A DNA stretch of 64,000 nt from Nanobdellota archaeon (GTDB lineage: Archaea > Aenigmatarchaeota > Aenigmatarchaeia > QMZP01), in contig JBDRJQ010000029.1 in NCBI GenBank assembly GCA_043814765.1, positions 1 through 64,000 of the forward strand, written 5' to 3'. This document shows positions 1-9,085 of this stretch, piece by piece. Position 1 is the stretch's first letter; every line of letters begins with the position of its first letter. The translations under genes and the position numbers were made by a program. Under the pieces are notes generated by a model. The model did no database searches. It saw only the letters and a list, made by a program, of their open reading frames with translations, and was not told where the DNA came from.

Positions 1-237
1 GAGCGACAGCAGAATGAAGGTCAGGCTGAAGGTCTTACCAGACAAGCTGAGCGGAGGTGCATGGCCGTCGTCAGTTCGTGCTGTGAAGTGTCGAGTTAAG
101 TCTCGAAACGAACAAGACCCGCGCCCTATGTTGCAACTGTGTTTTTTAATGCAAGCACTCATAGGGGACCGCTGGTGATGAACCAGAGGAAGGGGCGGTC
201 GACGGCAGGTCAGTATGCTCTTAATCCCCTGGGTTAC

Positions 238-1028
238 ACCAGGTTTGCAAGTTGATAATCGAGCTTGTTTTGAGCATTGAATCACTACCTAGTCTCATCT
301 TTCACATTGTTCTTTTATTTCAAAAAATCAAAAAGAACATGGAAAGATTTGATGATTAGAATTTTGTGATTCAAATGGCATCAAAACATCAAACCGTAAT
401 TACTCCAATCTTTGCGTACACGTTAGGTTTAATTGGTGGAGATGGAACAATTACAGAAAATCCAAAAACAGGAGAATATAGAATATCTGTAATTGATAAG
501 TGTCTTAAATTTCATCAAAATATAATAAAACCAAGATTTGAAGAGCTGTTTTCAGTGAAAATAGTAATTTCTAGCATAAAAACAAGAAAAGGTGAAACAA
601 CTTATAGAACATGACTGTGTTCTAAAAAAGTTGTTGAAATTTACAAAAAGGCTCAAATTCCAACCAAAAACAAGACATTTTCTATGAAAACACCAAAACC
701 AATCTTCAATTCATCCAAAGACTCTATTAAAGAGTACATAAAAGGATGGATGGATTCAGAAGGTTGGGTAACTAACAAAAAAGTTAGAAAACCTAACAAA
801 ATGTACATTTATCCTAGAATAGCATTTCACGTATCAAATAAGCAAATAAGAGATGATATTGTAGTACTGTTGCAAAGGTTTGGAGTGAATCCAAGTGTTT
901 GGAGATACAAAAACATGTATGGACTTCAAATAATTGGATTCGAAAAAGTCAGGAAATATTTGAAACAAATTGGTTTCAATCATCCTGATAAGATCCAAAA
1001 AGCTCGTAATTTGCAAGCTTGGAACCAA
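238..1028 (+). other. 16S rRNA BHB intron 1 (791 nt, after ~E. coli 1226) carrying a homing endonuclease gene
   Basis: Removal restores GGGTTAC|ACGCGGCCTACAA. Central helix GGTT(232-235)/AACC(1023-1026), bulges ACA(236-238) and AAA(1027-1029), 15-bp terminal stem 239-253/1008-1022. Confidence 0.93.
375..1028 (+). pseudogene. Double-motif LAGLIDADG homing endonuclease interrupted by in-frame TGA at 612-614
   Basis: Motif 1 YTLGLIGGDG (ORF 366-614) and motif 2 YIKGWMDSEG (ORF 684-1082) are in the same frame with an open linker between; C-terminal IGFNHPDK is typical. Confidence 0.85.
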
Positions 1029-1164
1029 ACGCGGCCTACAACGACTGGGACAATGAGATGCGACTCCGAAAGGAAGAGCTAATCTCCAAACCCAGCCCTG
1101 ATTTGGATTGAGGACTGCAACTCGTCCTCATGAAGGCGAAATCCCTAGTAGTCGCTGGTCACCA

Positions 1165-1236
1165 AACACCCTTTTTACGATAGCTACCGCTTATACAAAA
1201 AGCGTGTATGGAAAAATGTGAAAAGAGTGTGTGGAT
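1165..1236 (+). other. 16S rRNA BHB intron 2 (72 nt, after ~E. coli 1363)
   Basis: Helix TCAC(1159-1162)/GTGG(1231-1234), bulges CAA and ATT, flanking stems 1151-1158/1238-1245 and 1166-1178/1218-1230. Removal restores normal h43 length. Confidence 0.92.
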
Positions 1237-1351
1237 TCTAGCGGCGAATATGTTCCTGCTCCTTGCACACACTGCCCGTCAAGCCAACCGAGTGGGATTG
1301 TGACGAGCTCCTGGTTCTTGCCAGGATCAAGTTATAGTCTTGTGAGGTGGG

Positions 1352-1403
<52 letters not shown>

Positions 1404-1528
1404 ATATTCTATATGGGACACTATCTGTCATGAAGTCCGTTACTACTTTTTATTGACTAAAGAATCAGCTGCTGCTTTTGCGGAACGAATACCAAAAGGG
1501 TTAAATAGCTAAGTACAATCAGTTTTAT

Positions 1529-2257
1529 ATGAAAAAGGAAAATCCCGTATTGGAATTTGTAGCAGGAAGTGGGTTTCCTCTAGAGAATGCAGGATGCATG
1601 ACTCCTATATTTAAAGTAAGTGAAGGGAGATATTTTGAAGCTGGAAGTGAACATACTTTTAATCAATATGTTATGGATGACCTTATTAAAGAAGAGGCTG
1701 CTGCATTATTTTATCCTGTAGATGTTAGTGAACGGTTTGATCTTGAAGAACTACAACAGTGTGACGAGTCAGATGTTTATTATGGAGATAATGCATACAT
1801 ATTGTATTTTACGGATCTGGCTTCTGATTGCATTGATTCGGAAAATCTTAAAGCGATGGGTTTAAGACATCAAGGTATCCCAGTAGAACTTTACAAACCT
1901 CCGGAAAAATTAAAAGAATTTCATCCCTTTTTCCTTTTTGGCAGGGAAAGCCTTGTAAAAGGCTTTATTCCGGAGCTGATTTATCTTTGTGGAGAGAAGA
2001 TAGATAGATTACTTGAAGTTGGAGATAAAGTTGAAGATGTCTCAAAATACTCAGTTAGTGGAAAAGATGATCCGATAGCCCAATTAGCCCAGGTTATGAT
2101 GAACATAGCCACAGAAGAAACAATGGAAAAATCAATCTCGTGTTATGGAAAAACCTTGCTTCTAAGTCCTATGGCAAAAAATTTTGATGTTTGGTTAGAT
2201 TTTGTCTGTGATCATTACGGAATAGACGAACAGCAGATCAGAAAAAAATATTTTTGA
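1529..2257 (+). CDS. Hypothetical protein in the 16S-tRNA-Ala spacer
   Basis: 242-aa ORF with TATA-like TTAAATA at 1501; no recognisable motif. Confidence 0.75.
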   Translation: MKKENPVLEFVAGSGFPLENAGCMTPIFKVSEGRYFEAGSEHTFNQYVMDDLIKEEAAALFYPVDVSERFDLEELQQCDESDVYYGDNAYILYFTDLASDCIDSENLKAMGLRHQGIPVELYKPPEKLKEFHPFFLFGRESLVKGFIPELIYLCGEKIDRLLEVGDKVEDVSKYSVSGKDDPIAQLAQVMMNIATEETMEKSISCYGKTLLLSPMAKNFDVWLDFVCDHYGIDEQQIRKKYF

Positions 2258-2374
2258 GAATAAATCTTCTCGATGCCCGCTAAACAACATCTAAAACCAA
2301 TTTATAAACAACATACCATATTTGTTATTAAGTCGATGACTAATACTGATTATAAATAGTCATCTTAGCTGTAT

Positions 2375-2493
2375 GGGCCTGTAGATCAGTTGGTAGATCG
2401 CTCGCTTTGCAAGCGAGAGGCCGTGGGTTCGAAAAGCATGACGGCTTTAATCCATATGCATAAGCCGTCTGTTTGAAACTCCCACCGGGTCCA
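2375..2493 (+). tRNA. tRNA-Ala(UGC) with 46-nt BHB intron at 59/60 (2434-2479)
   Basis: Cloverleaf GGGCCTG/CGGGTCC with G3:U70, anticodon TGC 2408-2410. T-loop split TTCGAA|T by a BHB (TTCG/TGAA helix, AAA and ACT bulges). Confidence 0.95.
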
Positions 2494-2515
2494 TATTTTA
2501 TTGTGTTGATGTGAA

Positions 2516-3031
2516 ATGAAGGTAAAAGATGCAATTGAACAGAGAAAAAGCATCCGCAAATATTCAGATAAACAGATACCTGAAGAAATTATAAAAGAGC
2601 TTCTAATTGCCGCACAAAAAGCACCATCTGCAAAGAACGTGCAATCTCATAAATATTTTATAGTAAAAAACAAAGATGTTATAGAAAAATTAAAAAAGGA
2701 GAAAGCATTTGAACAACCATATGTTTACGATGCTCCACTGATTGTCGTTTGTTGTGCAAATCCACAACTATATCCGAAAATGGAAAGTGCTGATAGTTCT
2801 TCAGATGAATATGCTTTGATAGATTTATCAATTGCCGCTTCCTTTATGGTTCTTAGGGCAGTTGAATTGGGTCTTGGTTCTGTGTTCGTGGCATGGGTAT
2901 ATCCTGACAAGATAAGAAAGGTTCTCGGAATACCTGAAGAATATATTATTCCGTTTGTTTTACCGATAGGTTATCCTGCAGAAAATCCTAACCAAAGGCC
3001 TAGAAAAGGCTTGGATGAAATAACATTCTAG
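2516..3031 (+). CDS. Nitroreductase family protein
   Basis: RKSIRKY, APSAKNVQ, AVELGLGS and IGYP motifs. Confidence 0.93.
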   Translation: MKVKDAIEQRKSIRKYSDKQIPEEIIKELLIAAQKAPSAKNVQSHKYFIVKNKDVIEKLKKEKAFEQPYVYDAPLIVVCCANPQLYPKMESADSSSDEYALIDLSIAASFMVLRAVELGLGSVFVAWVYPDKIRKVLGIPEEYIIPFVLPIGYPAENPNQRPRKGLDEITF

Positions 3032-3091
3032 TTGTTCTTTGGAGATATCGGAATCGATGTGTTCACCTTACAGGTTCTGATTGTTTCACTA

Positions 3092-3108
3092 AACCTATAT
3101 AAATATAA
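3092..3108 (+). promoter_or_regulatory. Putative TATA-box promoter for the 23S precursor
   Basis: CCTATATAAATATA upstream of a ~330-nt structured leader. Confidence 0.45.
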
Positions 3109-3437
3109 TGTGTGTTATATAGTATATCGTATATATTAGCAATTAACCGCATTGATGCTCGCGGTTAATATCATTGGTTCATCTGAACTGTTCAGAGTCA
3201 TATAGCTTGTGGTGACAACAAAGTTGTATGTAGGGAGGATGACGGAATTCGGTGACGATATCTGTCTATTTCTGAGCAGATTGATGTATCTATCTCATAT
3301 TCACTGTTTACAGTGTGGTCTCTTCATTGAACGATGAAGGGTGACTTGAAAAGGGATTAGTGATCTTACCGCTCCAGTATGAAGCTTCGGCTTGTGATTA
3401 TGTGAACACCGAGTGATGTATTCCTTTTATGATACCA

Positions 3438-3469
3438 TAGGCAAGTTACTCCTGACAAAAAAAGGACTA
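3438..3469 (+). other. 5' arm of the 23S pre-rRNA processing stem (pairs with 6601-6631)
   Basis: TAGGCAAGTTACTCC(3438-3452) is the exact reverse complement of 6617-6631, followed by a BHB-like motif with one 4-nt bulge. Confidence 0.85.
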
Positions 3470-3921
3470 AAGACGTTACATGGTGAATGGCTTGGCTCGA
3501 ATAGTGAGGAAGGACGTGGTAAGCTACGATAATCCTGGGGTAGCAGCATACATGCTTTGAACTCAGGGATTCCGAATAGGACTTCCTGCTATGCGTTCCC
3601 ATTAGGGAACACTTACGCGGCGAATTGACACATCTTAGGAGCCGCAGGAAAAGAAAGCAAATGCGATTCCCTTAGTAAGAGCGACTGAAAAGGGAACAGA
3701 ACAAACCGAATCCCTATAGGAAACTATAGGGAAATGTGGTGTTTGGACTCGGGTTCTGCCTAACTCTTGATTCTGAAGTTTGCTGGAAAGCAGTGCCGTA
3801 GAGGGTGATAGCCCCGTAAGAGGAAAGAGAAGGATGATACCGAGTATCCAGAGTACTGCCAGTTGAATATCTGGTGGGAATGTGGGAGACAATAACTCCT
3901 AATTCTAAATATACTTCGAGT

Positions 3922-3959
<38 letters not shown>

Positions 3960-4914
3960 TATCCGTAATAGGAGATGAAAAGATCCTGAAGCCATGTAAC
4001 TATAGGTAGATATGGCTTGTTCAGTTCTTTTGAAGGAAGATCCGCAAGGGTCTAATACGAAGAAAGAATATAACGAGTTATATCGTCGGTTTTGAAACAT
4101 TAGACAAGGAGTTTGCTTCTGTGGCGAGGTTAATTATAGTAGCCGTAGCGAAAGCGAAACCTACGCAGCCTGCAAGGTAGGTGGGTATGAAAGTGCCCAA
4201 GTCACAGGGGTAAGACCCGAAGCCGGTCGATCTAGCCGTGGGTAGGGTGAAGTCTCGGGAAACCGAGATGGAGGCTCGCACCCGTGTTGAGATTCAAATC
4301 GCTGGGATAACCTGCGGCTAGGGGTGAAAAGCCAATCGAGTTCGGCGATAGCTGGTTCCTTCCGAAATGAGTCGTAGCTCAGCCTCGCTGGAGATTGATA
4401 AGGGGGTAAAGATACTGATTAGGTAATCAAGGAACGAAAGTTCCAGTTACTTTGTCAAACTCAGAATACCTTATCGTTGTAGAAGGCGGGAGTGAGGATC
4501 CGGGGTAAGCTCGAGATCCGAAAGGGAAAGAACCCATCTCAAGGTTAAGGTCCCAAAATGATTGTTAAGTGAGAAAGGGAGTTTTCAACCCCAGACAGTG
4601 GGAATGTTGGCTTAGAGGTAGCCACCTTTTAAAGAGTGTGTAATAGCTCACCCACCGAGGTTGGAAGCCCTGATAATGGACGGGACTAAACAGTCTACCG
4701 ATACCTTGAACCCCGAAAGGGATGGAGTAGGAAGGTATTCCGTGGGGGCAGAAGCTTGGATGTAAATTCATGTGAACCCCATGGAAAAAAGAATCTTGTC
4801 AATAGTAACAGCATAGTAGAGTGAGAATCTCTACCACCTTATGGGCTAGGGTTCCTCAGCAACGATTATCAGCTGAGGGTTAGTCGGTCCTAAGGCAAAT
4901 CCTAACTGGAGTTT

Positions 4915-4946
<32 letters not shown>

Positions 4947-5445
4947 TGAGAAGATACGTGCGGCGACGCAAGACTTATTCCTGACGCTTTGAGATAATCC
5001 AACCATGGAAACGTGGCTAACCATTTAAGCCTGTGGAGTATCGTCATGGTGAGAAGCAGGTGAAGCTGGGAACGGCTCCGCAAGGAGTTTGGATAAATCT
5101 TAGAGCCAGTGAAAAGGGAATGAGTAAGGATTCTTCTTAACCGTACCGAGATCCGATACTGGTGTCCCTCGCTGAGAAGGCGAAGGTGTGTTAGGAGAAA
5201 TCAGTCTAGGGAATTCGGCAAAATAGCCCCGTAACTTCGGAAGAAGGGGTGCCTATTGCTCTAATTTAATTAGAAACAGTAGGTTGCAATAACAAGGGGA
5301 GTCCAACTGTTTAACAAAAACTTAGGGGACTGCTAGTCGGAAACGATTTGTATAGTCCCTGAGGCCTGCCCAGTGCCAGTCGGTTAAATTCGGGTACAAC
5401 CGGATGAAGCCCTGGTAAACGGCGGCGGTAACTCTGACCGTCTTA

Positions 5446-5483
5446 GTTGGTGGTCAACAAGTGATGTAGACTATCTAGGATAT
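5446..5483 (+). other. 23S BHB intron (38 nt, after ~E. coli 1927)
   Basis: Removal restores CGTCTTA|AGGTAGC. Helix GTCT/GGAT, bulges TAG and ATA, internal hairpin. Confidence 0.92.
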
Positions 5484-6021
5484 AGGTAGCGTAATCCCTT
5501 GCCGTTTAATTAACGGCCCGCATGAACGGCTTAATGAGATTCCCACTGTCCCAGACTGATGCCTAGTGAACTTAATTTCCTGCGCATATTCAGGAGTCCT
5601 CCAGTGGGACGAGAAGACCCCGTAGATCTTTACTACAGCCTGTTGTTGCGATATGGTGACGATTGTATAGTGTAGGTGGGAGCGATGCGGTCATGGCGAG
5701 AGCTATGGCTAAGGCGCCGATGTAACACCACCCTTTTGTTATCATATTGCTTACCCTTTAAGGGGACATCAACTGGTGGGTAGTTTGACTGGGGCGGTAC
5801 ACCCTTGACATCTTATCAAGGGTGCCCTAAGATTTCCTCATCGAGGTCAGAAATCTCGAGAAGAGTGTAAGGGCAAAAGGAAGTCTGACAGGAAACTTGA
5901 CAACAAGGTTTCCTGCCGCGAAAGCGTGGCCTAACGATCCCCTGTGCCTCATTAATTGGAGGCCAGGTCTGACAGAAAAGTTACCTCGGGGATAATGGAG
6001 TTGTGGCGCGCGAGAGTCCAC

Positions 6022-6130
6022 ACTTCGTTTCTCGATCCACTAAAATAAAGTATATTGTCTTTTGAGACATAGCGCTAGCTGTGTTGATGAAAGGAGATGT
6101 ATAACCAGGAATGGAGAAATGAAAGGTCAA
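6022..6130 (+). other. 23S BHB-like intron (109 nt, after ~E. coli 2477, H89 loop)
   Basis: Removal restores GAGTCCAC|ATCGAC. Helix GTCC/GGTC (one mismatch), bulges ACA and AAA, 10-bp stem 6024-6033/6114-6123. Confidence 0.88.
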
Positions 6131-6403
6131 ATCGACCGCGTTCATTGCTTCTCCGCCGTCGGCTCGGCTCTTCCTGGACGTGCAGCAGCGTCCAAGGGTG
6201 GGGGTGTTCACCCATTAAAGAGCCACGTTAGCTGGGTTAAATACGTTGCGAGACAGTATGGTCTATATCTACTGGAGGTGTTGGTTACCTGAAGGGAAGA
6301 TACAATCAGTACGAAAGGAACATTGTGTCGTGGTCACTAGTGTACCGGTTGTGTGATTGCAGTGCCGGGTAGCTATACCATAGCGGATAAACGCTGAAGG
6401 CAT

Positions 6404-6440
6404 TCGAAAGCTTGGTCAGTTGAACAAGCTGTCGGTCTAT
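6404..6440 (+). other. 23S BHB intron (37 nt, after ~E. coli 2754)
   Basis: Removal restores GCTGAAGGCAT|CTAAGC. Helix AGGC/GTCT, bulges ATT and ATC, internal hairpin. Confidence 0.92.
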
Positions 6441-6797
6441 CTAAGCGTGAAGCCGCCCCTGAAAAGAGGTAACCGTTGTTCGACCTGGTAGGCGACTATC
6501 GGTAAGAACAGGAAGGTCCTGTAGACGACAGGGTTAATGGAATCGGGGTGTACGTGCTAAGGTCACGAGGCATTCAGCCCACGATACCCAAACACCTGAC
6601 TGGTCCTTTGTTAAAAGGAGTAACTTGCCTAAACCTATTTTTTTCAAAATTGGTTTGGCTTAGCCACAGCTTTAATAGTATATACTAAAAGGGATATAAA
6701 ATAAAAAAGCGGGACTATTCAAATAGTCCACCTAAGCATTGACAACAAATCACGCTCAATTAAATCTTTTTAAACCCCTCAAATAACATTTCTATAA

Positions 6798-7150
6798 GCG
6801 AGTCGGTTCGGATGATTCCGCTGCGTTCTGGTCTGCAACGAGCTAACGCGGTGAGGAAGCTCTGCCCACTCAAAAGAATTGATGGCATATGCCGTCTGTA
6901 TGTAGTGCACTGCCGAGAGGCAGAGGCTGAGAAGTCTGCATCAGGCGCAGAGAAATACTGCTTCCTTGGAGTAATGAAGCAAAGGTTAACAAGGCAACTT
7001 AGTTAACTATGCAGAACGTCGAATGGGATAGTAGGTGAGATTCCTGATGATGTATGAGTGCAAGCCGTGAGGCGCTTAGACAAATATCATCACCTCGTTC
7101 ATGGTGACAAGCCGTGCGAGATGACAAAAGGCAGGCTACGACCGACACGC
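6798..7150 (+). ncRNA. rnpB: RNase P RNA
   Basis: P1 GCGAGTCGGTTCG/CGACCGACACGC, CR-I-like GAGGAAGCTCTGCC pairing with CR-V-like ACAAAAGGCAGGCTA, TGCAAG segment, TATA-like TTTTAAA upstream. Confidence 0.88.
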
Positions 7151-7185
7151 TTACCATTTTTAAACCTTGAAAACTAAATGATACT

Positions 7186-7341
7186 ATGTCACAAAAAAAG
7201 ATGCAAATGCCGCAGTCTACTGCGGGACTTATAAGGTATTTCGATGAGTCAAAAGAATCTATAAAGATAAAACCAGAGCACATTATAATATTTTCTACAA
7301 TCGTAATAGCACTAGAGGTAATTCTCCGTTTAATGTTTTGA
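7186..7341 (+). CDS. secG: Preprotein translocase subunit Sec61beta (51 aa, absent from ORF track)
   Basis: Manual translation MSQKKMQMPQSTAGLIRYFDESKESIKIKPEH followed by a TM helix. Confidence 0.9.
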   Translation: MSQKKMQMPQSTAGLIRYFDESKESIKIKPEHIIIFSTIVIALEVILRLMF

Positions 7342-7370
7342 TTTTTTAACCATAAAACCAAATTCTAATT

Positions 7371-8177
7371 ATGAGTTTTACTATTAAGTTAGGCCCAGCT
7401 GGTTCTCCAGGAAAAAGCACGCTAGAAGGCATTCCCATGATTAAAGAAATGGGATTGCACACAATGGAAGTTCAGTTTGTTCGTGGCGTTAAAATGACAA
7501 ACGACTTAGCTAAGAAGTGCGGTGACAAAGCAAAGGAGCTTGGCATTGATTTGAGTGTGCATGCCCCATATTACATAAACCTCACTTCTGAGGAGAAAGA
7601 TAAGAGAAAGGCAAGCGTTAAACGCATTCTAGATTCTTGTGAAAGAGCGCATTATTTAGGAGCAAAGTACGTAACGTTCCATCCAGCATACTATGGAAAG
7701 TACAAGAAAGAAGATGTTTTTGATGCAGTAAAAAAATCAATTCTTGATATGAAAGGTGTGATTAAGAAGAATGGTTGGGAAACAGAGCTCGCTCCCGAAA
7801 CAACTGGCAGAGTGAAACAGTTTGGTGATATTGATGAAAGTTTAAGGATGATGAAAGAAACAGGCTGTTTTCTTGTTATAGATTTTGCACATCTTTTTGC
7901 GAGAAATAGAGGTAAAATAGATTACAAAGAGATATTGGATAAGGTTCAGGATTACAAAATAAAGAAGATTCAGTGCCACTTTTCCGGAATAGAATTTGGG
8001 CAGGGCGGAGAGAGAAACCATTTAGTGATAAGCGAGGATAAACCACCTTTCAATCCTTTAGCTAAAGAATTGATGGATAGAAAGCTTAGCGCAACTATCA
8101 TTTCAGAGAGCCCAATTACCTGGAAAGACTCGCTGAAGATGAAAGAAATTTTTAAGGGTCTGGGATATAAGTTCTGA
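7371..8177 (+). CDS. nfo: Endonuclease IV (AP endonuclease family 2)
   Basis: SVHAPYYINL, FHPAYY, PETTG, DFAH, HFSG motifs. Confidence 0.92.
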   Translation: MSFTIKLGPAGSPGKSTLEGIPMIKEMGLHTMEVQFVRGVKMTNDLAKKCGDKAKELGIDLSVHAPYYINLTSEEKDKRKASVKRILDSCERAHYLGAKYVTFHPAYYGKYKKEDVFDAVKKSILDMKGVIKKNGWETELAPETTGRVKQFGDIDESLRMMKETGCFLVIDFAHLFARNRGKIDYKEILDKVQDYKIKKIQCHFSGIEFGQGGERNHLVISEDKPPFNPLAKELMDRKLSATIISESPITWKDSLKMKEIFKGLGYKF

Positions 8178-8205
8178 TTTTGGATGCAACTTTTTTAAAA
8201 GGTTT
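8178..8205 (-). repeat. Dispersed palindromic repeat copy
   Basis: Reverse complement AAACCTTTTAAAAAAGTTGCATCCAAAA matches copies at 26986 and 49731. Confidence 0.7.
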
Positions 8206-8292
8206 GGGTACAAATTCTAGCCTATTTGTCGTATTCACGCGGGTAACTTTAAAAAGCCTTTAGCTGTATTTCTATTGATATCAGAGGATATT

Positions 8293-8817
8293 ATGCAGGA
8301 AATAAGAATACACGGTCGTGGAGGACAGGGAGCTGTTACCTGTGCTATATTGATGGCAAAAGCTGCCGGTAAAGATGATAAGTACACGCAAGCTTTTGGT
8401 GCGTATGGTCCTGAAAGAAGAGGAGCTCCTGTGAAAGCCTTTTGCAGAATAGATGAAAAACCAGTTATAATAAGAAGTCAGGTTAAGAACCCCGATTATG
8501 TTATTGTCTTGGATTCATCGCTACTAGAACTGCCAGAAGTTTTTGAAGGCATCAAACCAGAAACTAAGATTCTAATAAACAGTGAAAAAGTAAACCTTGG
8601 AGTTTCAAACGAATCTTATTTTTTGGATGCGAGCGCACTTGCACTAAAACTTATAGGTAGAGAGATTGTAAACACAGCTATGCTGGGCATGTTTTCAAAA
8701 ATTAGTAATATTGTATCGTTGGAAGCTGTATCAAAATCAATAGAAGAAAACTTTCCACAGAAGCTTGCAGAGTCAAACAAAAAATTAGTAGAAGAAGCGT
8801 TTAATGCTACTAGGTGA
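8293..8817 (+). CDS. porG: Pyruvate/2-oxoacid:ferredoxin oxidoreductase gamma subunit
   Basis: EIRIHGRGGQGAVT and YGPERRGAPV. Confidence 0.94.
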   Translation: MQEIRIHGRGGQGAVTCAILMAKAAGKDDKYTQAFGAYGPERRGAPVKAFCRIDEKPVIIRSQVKNPDYVIVLDSSLLELPEVFEGIKPETKILINSEKVNLGVSNESYFLDASALALKLIGREIVNTAMLGMFSKISNIVSLEAVSKSIEENFPQKLAESNKKLVEEAFNATR

Positions 8818-8821
8818 GATT

Positions 8822-9085
8822 ATGACAGATATTGATAAGGCTGGTGTAGTGAAGAAACCTGGTTCAGCAGTTAAAAACAGAACAGGTACATGGAGAAGTG
8901 AAACCCCAGTTGTTACAGATAGTTGTATTGGTTGTAAAATATGCGAGTTTTACTGTCCAGAAGGCGTAATAAAGGTAGTGGATGGCAAAGCTAAAATAAA
9001 CTTGGATTATTGCAAAGGCTGCATGATATGCATGGAAGTTTGTTCGGTAAAGGCAATTGAAAAGAAGAGGAGACGAAATGAGTGA
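8822..9085 (+). CDS. porD: Pyruvate/2-oxoacid:ferredoxin oxidoreductase delta subunit
   Basis: TGTWRS and two 4Fe-4S motifs (CIGCKICEFYCP, CKGCMICMEVC). Confidence 0.94.
   Translation: MTDIDKAGVVKKPGSAVKNRTGTWRSETPVVTDSCIGCKICEFYCPEGVIKVVDGKAKINLDYCKGCMICMEVCSVKAIEKKRRRNE

Noticed and set aside
612..614. Genome-wide TGA recoding as the explanation of the endonuclease stop
   Set aside because: TGA ends conserved genes at expected positions (nfo, ef1b, secG, rps8), and tRNA-Trp has a CCA anticodon.
6022..6130. 25-aa ORF across the circular junction of the 109-nt intron
   Set aside because: The SD-like AAGGAG abuts the ATG with no spacing and the peptide has no motif; chance is likely.
6632..6797. 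5S rRNA after the 23S
   Set aside because: AT-rich with no 5S motifs.
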